DNA from: Dimorphilus gyrociliatus
Taxonomy: Eukaryota; Animalia; Annelida
DNA length: 64,000 nucleotides
NCBI GenBank assembly: GCA_904063045.1
Contig: CAJFCJ010000026.1
Location: 598,964-662,963, forward strand
Reading direction: 5' to 3'
Position numbers and translations under genes: made by a program. This document shows, in pieces, positions 13,480-24,439 of this stretch (position 1 is the first letter of the stretch; each line of letters begins with the position of its first letter). The notes below the pieces were generated by a model, which saw only the letters and a list, made by a program, of their open reading frames with translations, had not been told where the DNA came from and searched no databases.

Positions 13480-14300
13480 GTGTTTTAAGAAGAGATGCAA
13501 TACTTTCGCCAATCACATAAAAGACACCGAAAAAACATTCGAAATAATCAAAACAAACAAATAATATCTTTTCTATTTAACGACTTTGCGGTAAAAACTG
13601 AAAAGCACTCAAAGAAATATATAATAAAAAAACGTTGTCCAATTAATTAGTTCCAAAACTCAGCCTATAATTAAAACAACAACAACAACAACAACTCACA
13701 ACGTGGCTATCACGTGACTATTTTGTATAAATATAGGAGAAAATTGACGGTGGATTGTCAGTTACCAAATTGAGAAGACCCCGTCGTTTTCTCTGTCAGA
13801 TTTTTCTCTGATTTTATACATTTTTCAATAAGTTTTTTCAAGGATCTCGCAAAAATCAAAAGACAGAAAATGGAATTGTCATTTACTCAAACATTTGTCA
13901 TTCCATAATTGATTTAGATGAAATGATTAACATGATTCTCTTAACCCCAAGCATTTCTCCATCCACTTGACACTCATTTTGGTAACTTAGGAAATGCAAC
14001 ATGGCCTAAAATTGCATGTTGCACCCTTTTTTTAACTGAAAATAAAAGCCGATAAATAATTCGGCAAAAAGAACATGTCTCGCTTAAAGTTGGTCATGTT
14101 TTTTACGATGGAACTTTGTCTCGTGCTCTTTCACCGGAAGTGACGTCATGGATTTCCATGTAATTCGCCGAATTTACAACCTCAACTTTCTCTTTTTTTT
14201 CCGTCAACTGGAAAAGAATCTCTTTGTTCAATAAAAGTGAAATTTGCAGTATAAATCGTAGGGTAAATATTTAGTTAAAATGTATATGATTTTTGTATAT
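13480..14300. repeat. Repeated intergenic module, copy A (conserved core 13635-13864, hairpins, ETS-CRE)
   Basis: Core nearly identical to 18042, 21289 and 39492; contains tcacgtga, tataaata, tcagtt and, further on, ccggaagtgacgtca. Confidence 0.92.
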
Positions 14301-14329
14301 TTACTTACTAATATATATGTATTACCTTT

Positions 14330-14950
14330 TAAAGTGCATTTGGAAAAAGCCGGAAATGACATCACTGAATATCGGGAATAACCGTAGAATATGAGTTTCG
14401 AAAATGGAGAGTTTCCGAAACGAAGGGAGAAATAGAAAAATTGGAGAAAAAAGGCGTTAAAGATGAGCTGAAGCGTTTTCTGAAAAGCGAAATGAAAGAT
14501 AAAGAATAAAAGAAATGGGTAAGTGAGATTTGTATAAATGAATTATACGTGATTTAAAGAATATTCTTTTCAGATTGTTTTCCTTCATGTTTAAAAGAGG
14601 ACAATCGAAGACAATGAAGAAAGTTGTGCTTTAAGCCAAAGTGTATCAAGACCCATTCGAAACAATACATTTAAAAGATTGGAAGAAACTTTTCAAAAAG
14701 TTGTAAATTTTCGAGGGAAATGTCCATATCTGAGAAAAAGCAGCGTATAGAAGATATTGTTTTAAGCGAAAAATTTTTAATGAAATGTAATAAACGAAAA
14801 TGAAGAAATCTCGTTTTAAACAAAAAAAATTTCAAGATAACTATCGGAAACTATAGACACGAAAGAAGAGAAGAGACTCTTCAAAAAGTCCTGTATTTGA
14901 AGTCAAACGTGGATATGTCTAAAGAATAATATGAGAAAGATTTTGAAAAT
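14330..14950 (+). pseudogene. Ig/FN3 gene family, 5' exons, copy
   Basis: gaaaaagccggaaatgacatcactg start; conserved 55-bp intron gtaag...ttttcag (14519-14573); EEIEKLEKKGVKDELKRFLK frame with stops. Confidence 0.65.
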
Positions 14951-15299
14951 GATATCACTAAACATTTGTCATATTTATTCAAATAGAACCTCAAGTTCGT
15001 ACACGAGTATTACAAGACAAGGTGAGTATTGAATATTCTGAGCTATTATCTCTAAGCAAGCGGTTAGAAAACCAAGCTAACAACTGTTCAATTCGTATGG
15101 TTTAAATGCTTTCCTTAACAGTTTAACAGTTCACAATTTCAAAGTTCCAACAATGGAAAGTAACGTTTGACACAATTGAAAGCACTACAAATGGTTCCAC
15201 ATTTAATTCGTCCCATGCATCCTTTGGAATTGGGTTGGATAAGTCAGATATGATACCGTCATTGACTCCCCTAGATCGTCAATCGCAAAATTTAGAGGA

Positions 15300-17100
15300 C
15301 AACGATTCATTAGGTTCTCGATCGCCGAGACAGTGAGGCGAATGGTATATCCCAACTTGGATACTTATTTATTTTTATTTTGCTGGTGAGCATCATCCCC
15401 TTTATCAGGCCGATTCGCAATTTTTAGGACAGTCCTTTTATAATTCCTTGTTATGCATAGTTTACATCTCCTTAGGACGTCTTTTATTCCTGTCGTATCG
15501 TGGAGGAGATGCAAATGTTTTGACAATTTTGACCAGATGACCTTGAATGACGCATGGTTCATTTCGTGGTGTGTATCATACATTAATCTATTAAGGATAG
15601 GATGGCGAGCGTTGATTATTTCATTGTCCCTGATTCTATCTGTTGACTGGAAGTTCGAATTGAACCTCAGGATCCAAGCCATTACACGCCTCATCTTAGA
15701 CCATTCTCCCATTATTTCTAGGGGTGAAATCGGAGGTTATCATATTGATCGTAATATTGAGTGTATAATGTTCGATCTCTATTTCTTTAAATACTTCCCA
15801 TTTCTCCCTCATCTTTCTTTACTTTTTGTCAGGTAATCGGCAGGGTTATCCTCCGATCTAATGAAACACCAACTGCCTTGCGATTTAGTTTTCGGTATTA
15901 ATTTCACAGTTAGACGTACATCATTTGCCAGTTTCAAGTCTCCATTCTCTAAGTCACAAAGTACTATTTGACTGTCAACGAAAACTTTGATCCGAATGTC
16001 TGGGAAAATGGTTTTATAAACCTTAATGAAAATTTGCGGCTCATAAGGCTGCCGTCAATTCTGCTCGAGGGAAAAAAGCGAGAAGTAGATGCCAGCAAAT
16101 AGCCTTTATTGCTAGTGGCAATATCTCGTCTAGATCTGGAATATAGGTTAGCCCTAATCTACTCTACCACTGGGTACTGATGGCTTAGTATAATTCGGAT
16201 TAATATATGTATCGGGCTGTTCCCGTATGAGGGATAATGAGTCTACAACGTAGGTATCGACATCATATTTCCTACCTAAATAGAGAAATATGATTCTGAC
16301 TTTTTCTGTTGTTATAGTTTGGAAATTGTTGTTGACAAATGATATGTCAATCTGACAAAGATTTCTGGGATTTGTTGAATATGATATAGACTCTAAGTAT
16401 TGTCTGCTAATCAGGGAAATGAGGGCTGTAATTTTATGATCCATATAGTTGCCTGATGCTGGAATTTTTACAGTTGCAGCATATACTCTTTCTCTCTCTC
16501 TTATCTCCTTTGTGTGTCGTGGCTCCTTGTGATATAAAGATGTGTGATGTGATTGATTGCATTGTTTGCAGCTTGGCCAACTCGAAGGCAATTTCAACAA
16601 CGGTTAAATAGTTCAATCAGTCTTTATCTGCCTTTAATATCAGCACTTATGTCTGTTAAGTGATGTGGTCGAAGGAACTCTGTCCTTAATCTTGGCCTCC
16701 GAATTCGGAGAAAGGTGTTTTTCTTGTATTTTGTGTAGACATTTTTGGAAGATCTTTGATTCAGGGAGTTTTCAGTTTGTTTGGTCATGTTGGAAGCTAA
16801 AATATTTGACTCTATTGTCTTACAGATATAAGTAATATGGATTTTTAATGACTTTCGATATGTATTGACCAAATTTAGACACTATGGAAGGTGTTGGTTA
16901 GTAAAGTAAACGAAGAACCTTTGTCATTTTTGCCGCCATTTGTATATGATGTTGAGTTATTTTGAAGTTTTGAAAGTTCGACAAACCTCCATTTTGGTCT
17001 TCGACCGTTGGAACATGTTCCATCTCTTGCATTTGAATAGAGACAGCTGATTTATGTGATTCTTTAGTCGAATCTGTTTGGGTAGAACGTATCATATTTA
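15300..17100 (-). mobile_element. Internally deleted BEL/Pao element (gag, protease, RNase H, integrase N-terminus; RT missing)
   Basis: EHVPTVEDQNGG gag motif; CKQCNQSHHTSLYH knuckle; TVKIPASG..HKITAL; GEWSKMRRVMAWILRF; all homologous to the complete element. Confidence 0.85.
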
Positions 17101-17289
17101 TACATGAATACATTTATATACTGTATATATTAATGTAAGCCGTTAAGAAATAAATTTGGCGGGTGACTAAGACTAGTCGTTAATTAGAATGATTGATAAA
17201 CACAAAAGAAAAATGCAAAGGAACCAGCTACGACAAACTTATCGTTCGCGTTATCGTTGCTTACATTAGGACACTTCAACATTAGAAGC

Positions 17290-17770
17290 TTATAGGAGTA
17301 AATAAAAAAACCTATACGATAAACATTTCTGGTGTGTTTTTGAGAAAAAAGAGCCAGTGATAAAGTAGAATGTGAACAGTCTAAAAACACTTTCCACCGT
17401 TTTCAACAATTGAGAGATAAAGATTACTCCATACACCTTTAACCTATAAGAAAACGGTATCTCACTGTGTGTAACATACTCGAAGAAACTTAGAACCTTA
17501 CAATGGTGTCCCATAACAATATTGCATACGCGCGGATCTACAATCTTCAAATACTTCTAGCGTAAACTGCTTCAGCCAGGTTCTCTTCTTTGAAAACATT
17601 AAAAATACCATAATTTCTTCCTAAACTATAGGAGCGTTGCAGTATCCTTTACAAAATTCGCAGTCCGATGTCAACATAACGGGGTCAACTACTGGTGAGG
17701 GTAACGACTACGTCGTTAGATCAGGTACCGTCGTTGTGGTGGTGGTCTCCTACGGTTGTTAGACCAAATC
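17290..17770 (-). pseudogene. Family U copy (C-terminal part)
   Basis: KIVDPRVCNIVMGHHCKVLSFFEYVT; homologous to the 20.8-21.1, 29.7-30.1 and 38.8 kb segments. Confidence 0.55.
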
Positions 17771-17889
17771 AAATCTATCAACAACTTTAGTTCTGGAGAG
17801 AATTTTTAGTTAATTGTTCTCTGCACTTAACAACTATTCAACAACAGGATATAGAAGATCCAGCATATTACCATATTATTGGATAATCA

Positions 17890-18700
17890 CCTTCAAAGGT
17901 GTTTTCAGAAGAGATGCAAAACTTTCGACAATTACGTAAAAGATACCGAAAAAACACTCGAAATAATCAAAACAACCAAATATCTTTTATTTAACGAACT
18001 TAATTTAAAAATTCAAAAATAGAAATATACAATAAAAAACATTGTCCAATTAATTAGTTCCAAAACTCAGCCTATAATTAAAACAACAACAACAACTCAC
18101 AACGTGGCTATCACGTGACTATTTTGTATAAATATAGGAGAAAATTGACGGTGGATTGTCAGTTACCAAATTGAGAAGACCCCGTCGTTTTCTCTGTCAG
18201 ATTTTTCTCTGATTTTATACATTTTTCAATAAGTTTTTTCAAGGATCTCGCAAAAATCAAAAGACGGAAAATTTCAATTTTCATTTTCTTAAACATTTGA
18301 AATGATTAACATGATTCTCTTCACTCCAAACACTTCACCAATCCCACTTGACACTCATTTTGGTAACTTAGGAAATGCAACATGGCCTAAAATTGCATGT
18401 TGCACCTTTTTTTAACTGAAAATAAAAGCCGATAAATAATTCGGCAAAAAGAACACGTCTCGCTTAAAGTTGGTCATGTTTTTTGCGGTGGAACTTTGTT
18501 TCGTGCTCTTTCACCGGAAGTGACGTAATGAATTTCCATGTAATTCGCCGAATGAACAACCTCAAAATTTTCTCTTTTTTTCCCGTAACTAGAAAAGTTT
18601 CTCTTTGTTCAACAAAAGTGAAATTTGCAGTATAAATCGTAAGGTCAGTATTATGGGAAAAAATGTGATTTTAGTACATTTTAGTACATATTTATATATG
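17890..18700. repeat. Repeated intergenic module, copy B (core 18042-18265)
   Basis: Core identical to copy A except for (aac)n length. Confidence 0.92.
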
Positions 18701-18714
18701 TAAAATCTTTTAAA

Positions 18715-20720
18715 GTTAATTTGGGAAAAGCCGGAAATGACATAACTGAAAATCGGGAAATAACCCTCGAAAGTGACTTGAAAATGGAGAGCTTCCGAAA
18801 CGAATGAAGAAATAGAAAAATTGAAGAGAAAAGACGTTTAAAATGAAATGCAGTATTTCCTGAAAAACGAAAAGAAAGATAAAGGGAAGAAGAAAAGAAA
18901 CAGAGAAGTAAGATTTATATAAATGAAGTAAACATGATTTAAAGGACACAGTTCTTTGCAGATTGTTTTCCTTCATATTTAAAGAACACAATGGACGACA
19001 ATGAAGAAAATTGTGCTTTAAACTGAAATTTATCAACATCCATTCGAAACAACACATACGATAGATGATAAGAGTCTTTTTCGAAAGTCATGTTTTTTCG
19101 AGTGCGATGTTGATAAACGAAAAGAGACGATTGAAGAAGATGTTAAACCGAAATTTATCAATGAAATATAATCAACGAAAATCAAGAGATTATGCGTTAA
19201 ACCAAAGTTATCAAGGAAACCAGCGGAAACTATACTTACGAAAGAAGAGAAGAGAGTCTTCAGAAGGTTGTACTTTTGTAGTCAGACCTTGATGCCTACA
19301 ATGACTAATACGAAGAAGATTTTGGTTAAACAGAAAATTACCAATGAAGCATGGGAAATAATAGAGAATGTAATGGGAAATACTATCTACAATAATTTGT
19401 TATTTATCAATAAACTACAATCAGCTATGAAGAAGATCGTTTTTTAATTGCAGTAAAGTGTATGAAAACTTTCCGAACGTACGATATTTTGTTAAATAAA
19501 TTTGGTAGACCTTCAAAATGTCTAGATTTAGATGTTTAGAATCGGATGAAGGATCCAGTATCCAAAGTATTATATTGAAAAGGCAGATTCAACTAAATTC
19601 AATTTAGAGTAACTGACAGTACCGAAGATGCATCATTTAAATTATGGAAACTGTACGAAATTAATGAATATAGATATTTGATTGGTAGCTGAGAAAGAAG
19701 TTGTAGTTGGAATTTATGGATAATAGAATGATATTATAGTAGAATTACTTAGTAAGAATTATTCTAATCTCTATCTTTATCGTAATGTTTCGATAGAAGA
19801 TATTACCAAATCAACTTGTTTATTGACAGTGAATATGGCAGTTAACGACAAAATTTCTGGATAGTCGTCCAGGTAGATTAAGATTATCAAAGAAGAAATA
19901 AAGTAATTTTCTCCTAGCTCTCAATGTACTTTTTGAGGATAGTGAATACGATTTTAGAGTAGTTGCTATCAACAAAGCAGGACATTTCAACACTTTCGAA
20001 TCAATTGGCATAATAAAAAGCGGAAGAGATTCTTACGACAAAGCAAACAAAAGAAAAGTGTATGAAGAATTGTTAGCTAATAGCCCAACTTTTAGATGTT
20101 ATTTATAGTTGATGTTCACTTATTTCAAGGTGATAAATTTCATCGAATCCACAGGATTTTACATTTACTAAGACAGAAAGAAGCGAAAAATTAACAAAGG
20201 TGATGATCCTGAATCAGTTAAACGCTATACATAGCATAAAATTTCTCTAAATTTTAATATAATCACAAAATTGTTTGAACAATTAACCGAAAAATAACTT
20301 TTACAGAAAAAAGTCAAAAAGAAATTGTTATAGTTAGTAATTCAGCTATTTTACATATTAACTTAATTGTTCCGCTGAAATCTGAAATAGTATGGTTTCT
20401 ATACAAAAAAAAAAACACTTTAAGAAATTGTCAAATAAATGCTTCAATTGTTTCTTATTATATTTTAGCAACTTTGAAGAGTTGCTATATTTTTTGTTAA
20501 TAATTTCAGTTAAGTATTTTATTAATTAATCCTATTTGAATAGACAAACTTCCAGCTACCTTGTAAGCTAACGGCAAAGAATGTAGAAAAAGAGAAATTA
20601 GCTTAAGCATAGAACGAACCGAGATGTTATGATCATTGATTAGAAATAACTCTTGTTGAGATAAAATCTAAAGCTCAAACATCTTCACCACCGAGAAACT
20701 TAAAAATAACTCATTCGGTT
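18715..20720 (+). pseudogene. Ig/FN3 gene family copy with FN3 relics
   Basis: 54-bp intron 18908-18961; KYYIEKADST..; LFEDSEYDFRVVAINKAG (titin/twitchin-type FN3) at ~19925-19985; TSSPPRNLKIT at ~20680. Confidence 0.75.
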
Positions 20721-20779
20721 TAATGATTTTCTATAACGTTTTATACAATGTAGTTGGTCTTTATTTAGCTGGGTCACTC

Positions 20780-21130
20780 GATATGCCTTTCATATAAATG
20801 TATAACAATACAGAGCATGATTTTGTAACCTGCTCGAGGAATTTTTAAAGAGACATAACTCTAGAAAAACGTTCGATATAGTTTTAGGATCTACCATCTT
20901 CAAATGATTGTGACTTAACCCGCATAGACAAGGGGATTGGTGTTCTTTAAAAACCTCAGAAATGCTATAATTTCTTTTCGGATTAGAGGGGCTTTTTAAG
21001 CATCCTTACTTAAATTCGTAGTCCAATGTGTCAAGCTTATCGGTGTCAACTACTGGTGAGGGTAGCAGATACGTCGTTGGATCAGGGACGATGGTTGTGG
21101 TGATGGTGGTCGCCTACCAACTCAAATCTA
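20780..21130 (-). pseudogene. Family U copy
   Basis: Homologous to 17.6-17.8 kb and 38.8-39.0 kb (gtcaactactggtgagggta, aaatgctataatttctt). Confidence 0.55.
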
Positions 21131-21249
21131 CCACTCGCTTTAGTTCTAGAAAGAATTTTTAGTTATTTGTTCTCTACACTTAACAACTATTTAACAACAG
21201 GTTGTAGAAGATCGAAAATATTACTATAAATTGGATAATCACCTTCAAA

Positions 21250-22400
21250 GGTGTTTTCAGAAGAGATGCAAAACTTTCGTCAATCATATTGTCCGATTAA
21301 TTAGTTCCAAAACTCAGCCTATAATTAAAACAACAACAACTCACAACGTGGCTATCACGTGACTATTTTGTATAAATATAGGAGAAAATTGACGGTGGAT
21401 TGTTAGTTACCAAATTGAGAAGACCCCGTCGTTTTCTCTGTCAGATTTTTCTCTGATTTTATACATTTTTCAATAAGTTTTTTCAAGGATCTCGCAAAAA
21501 TCAAAAGACAGAAAATGGAATTGTCATTTACTCAAACATTTGTCATTCCATAATTGATTTAGATGAAATGATTAACATGATTCTCTTCACTCCAAACACC
21601 TTACCAATACCACTTGACACTCATTTTGGTAACTTAGGAAATGCAACATGGCCTAAAATTGCATGTTGCACCCTTTTTTTAACTGAAAATAAAAGCCGAT
21701 AAATAATTCGGTAAAAAGAACACGTCTCGCTTAAAGTTGGTCATGTTTTTTACGATGGAACTTTGTTTCATGCTCTTTCACCGGAAGTGACGTCATGGAT
21801 TTACCATGTAATTCACCGAATTAACAAATTCACAAATTTCTCTTCTTACATCGACTACTAACAGAGTATCTCTTGTTCAATAAAAGTGAAATTTGCAGTA
21901 TTAGTCATAGGGTAAGTATTTAAGCAAAATATGTGGCCTAGTATATAAAAGCATTTGATTTCTTTTTAATAATTTTGGGAAAAGCCGGTAATGACATCAC
22001 TGAAAAACGTGAAATTAACGTGGAATATAGCATTCGAAAGTGGAGAGCGGTTTTAACAAAATGAAGAAATAGAACAAGTGAGAAAAAAAACATGTTTAAA
22101 TTGACGTTAACTGAAAATAAAAGCCGATAAATAATTCGGCAAAAAACACATGACTCGCTTAAAGTTGGTCATGTTTTTCACGGTGGAACTTTGTTGCGTG
22201 CTCTTTCACCGGAAGTGACGTCATGGATTTCCACGTAATTCACCAAGTTAATAACTTCAAAAATTTCTCATCTTATATTGGCAACTAACAAAGTAGCTTT
22301 TTTTAAAAAAGAAATGAAATTCGGGTTATAAATTGCATGTAAGTATTTAGAGAAAAATGAATGATTCTAGTAATGATATAAACAAAGTATTTTTTAGTAA
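21250..22400. repeat. Repeated intergenic module, copy C, with a second copy of the hairpin/ETS-CRE block (~22110-22260)
   Basis: Core 21289-21509 differs from copy A by 2 substitutions and (aac)n length; gccgataaataattcggc...ccggaagtgacgtca occurs twice. Confidence 0.92.
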
Positions 22401-22740
22401 ATTTTGGAAAAGCAGGAAATGACATCACTGAGAATAGGAAATACCCATCGATTATGACATTTGAAAATAACTAATGAAGAAATAGAAAAATTGGAGTGAA
22501 AAGACGTTTACAATGAGAAGCAGTATATCATGAAGAGCGAAAAGAAAGATAAAGGGAAGAAGAAAAGAAACAGAGAAGTAAGATTTTTATAAATGAAGTA
22601 AACGAGATTTAAGAATATAATTATTTTCAGTTTGTTTTCCTTTACATTTAAATAACACAATTGACGGCAATAATGAAGAATATCATGCTTTAAACCGAAA
22701 TTTATCAATAGATTCGTTCGAAACAATATATACGATATAC
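22400..22740 (+). pseudogene. Ig/FN3 gene family, 5' exons, copy truncated at the LTR insertion
   Basis: ggaaaagcaggaaatgacatcactgag; 53-bp intron 22578-22630. Confidence 0.65.
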
Positions 22741-22748
22741 TGTATATA

Positions 22749-22991
22749 TGTAGTCGATGGTACGTCGCCTAAATTTGGCAGCGAGCCAAATTACCTTACG
22801 TTTATATATACTTCGTTACGTCTATATGTTTAAAATCCATCATATTTCATTATCCTTTATCATTTCTATACGTCATTACTTATTATTACTGCTATATTTG
22901 CTAGTATATACCTTTAAACTTTAACGCGTTGTAGTAGTAAAGTCGGTGAAAATAGCCTTAACCTACGTCCGCTACTCATTCATCGACTACA
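22749..22991 (+). repeat. 5' LTR
   Basis: TGTAGTCGATG...CATCGACTACA perfect 11-bp terminal inverted repeat; direct repeat of 27550-27792. Confidence 0.96.
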
Positions 22992-23020
22992 GTAATAATA
23001 ATTAATTGTGAAATACTGAA

Positions 23021-24439
23021 ATGCCGAGAAAAAAACAAATCAAAACGGTCGCTAAATGCGCCAACCCTCCAAATCAATTGGAAAACCTCAATCAACAGGC
23101 CAACATGATCGACTCAGCTGCATTCGAACAGAAACTGGATGATCAGAGAAGAACGTTTGAAGATAAATTGGACGAACAATCAAGAAAAATCGAAGAATCG
23201 AACGCTCAGAATTTAGCGACGTTGGAAACAAAATTTGAGTCAAAATTGGAAGCAAACTTGAAACAAATCGTTCAAATAGTTAATTCCATTAAACTCAACT
23301 CTCACCAAGAAATACCGTTGAATTCTGGTTATGTTCCAGAATTGGAACATCTCTCAACGGTTGAAGAACAAAATGGCGGAAATTCGCAGGTTCGAAATAT
23401 TTCGAATCCAATACAGGAAGCCGAAAGTTCTTCGAAACAACTCGATCCTAGAATCGAAAACCTAAGGAATAAAAAGGTTACCCCATCAGAAATGTTCAGT
23501 GGTACCAATTTTCAAGATTTTCGTAGGAATGCCATCGTTCCATTATTAGAATCCGACATTTCCGAATTGGAAAAACGTCAGATTTTAAAGAGATGGACAA
23601 TGGAAGGGACAGTGTGCCACGAATATTATGATCTAGCAAATCGTAAATTCGATAGTGGGAATTTCGTACAATGCGTTCAGAAACTTGATTATGTTTACAC
23701 GGATATATCATCACAAGGATGCAACTTAGTGCAACAAATTCTAAACAAAAGGGATCCATTCCAACATCGGATCTTGTCCTATTGGGTCGAATTTAGGACT
23801 CTCCTTACGTTGCTAGATATGCCAAATTCCGAAAATCGATTGAAATTCGAAAGGCTTAGACAGTTTTCTAAGAGATTACCTCATGAATCCCAATCTCTAG
23901 TCACCCAGTATATAAATGAATATTATGACGATTTTGATTCAATCGTAATTAAGTTGGGACAATACATATCAAAAGTTGCCAATGGAATCGAAGATGGGAT
24001 ATACATTCCCGAGAATACAGAGACAAGAGTTGTAGCTTCAAGTATGACAAAGGACGATGGTAAATTTATGAGGCAGACCTCCCCCTCTTTTTCACCTAAC
24101 CGTAAGCCTTTGAAACATGTCCAGATACAAAACAAAGATAGGACTACACCTCCTAAAAATGATGGTAGATGCATGTGCGCTGAAAATCACATATGCCTGG
24201 CTTATTGTCCGATTTATATCAATCTTGATGTTAAAGGTAGGCAGCGAATGGTCCGACTGCTCCATAGACGTCAAAATTGTCTACGAAGTGGACACACAAG
24301 CGAAAAATGTTCATCAAGATATAGCTGTAAAAAATGTATCAAGCTCATCATACGACACTATATCATAAAGAGGCAACCACCCCAAAGGCAGTATCTGCTA
24401 TCAACTATAATTTATCAAAGAGAAAGCAAGAAAGAATGA
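23021..24439 (+). CDS. gag: BEL/Pao Gag (472-aa ORF, frameshifted near 24335)
   Basis: Coiled-coil N-terminus; Cys/His knuckles CMCAENHICLAYC, NCLRSGHTSEKC and CKKC; correcting one frameshift continues as QAHHTTLYH into the protease. Confidence 0.85.
   Translation: MPRKKQIKTVAKCANPPNQLENLNQQANMIDSAAFEQKLDDQRRTFEDKLDEQSRKIEESNAQNLATLETKFESKLEANLKQIVQIVNSIKLNSHQEIPLNSGYVPELEHLSTVEEQNGGNSQVRNISNPIQEAESSSKQLDPRIENLRNKKVTPSEMFSGTNFQDFRRNAIVPLLESDISELEKRQILKRWTMEGTVCHEYYDLANRKFDSGNFVQCVQKLDYVYTDISSQGCNLVQQILNKRDPFQHRILSYWVEFRTLLTLLDMPNSENRLKFERLRQFSKRLPHESQSLVTQYINEYYDDFDSIVIKLGQYISKVANGIEDGIYIPENTETRVVASSMTKDDGKFMRQTSPSFSPNRKPLKHVQIQNKDRTTPPKNDGRCMCAENHICLAYCPIYINLDVKGRQRMVRLLHRRQNCLRSGHTSEKCSSRYSCKKCIKLIIRHYIIKRQPPQRQYLLSTIIYQRESKKE

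Noticed and set aside
17120-17175. tgtaagccgttaagaaataaatttggc as an LTR terminus
   Set aside because: Could be read as a + strand LTR start or a - strand LTR end; there is no second copy to define it
23365-23382. YY1-like CAAAATGGCGG conserved in gag of several Pao copies
   Set aside because: The copy at ~16990 reads CAAAATGGAGG, which keeps QNGG but breaks the motif, so conservation is at protein level
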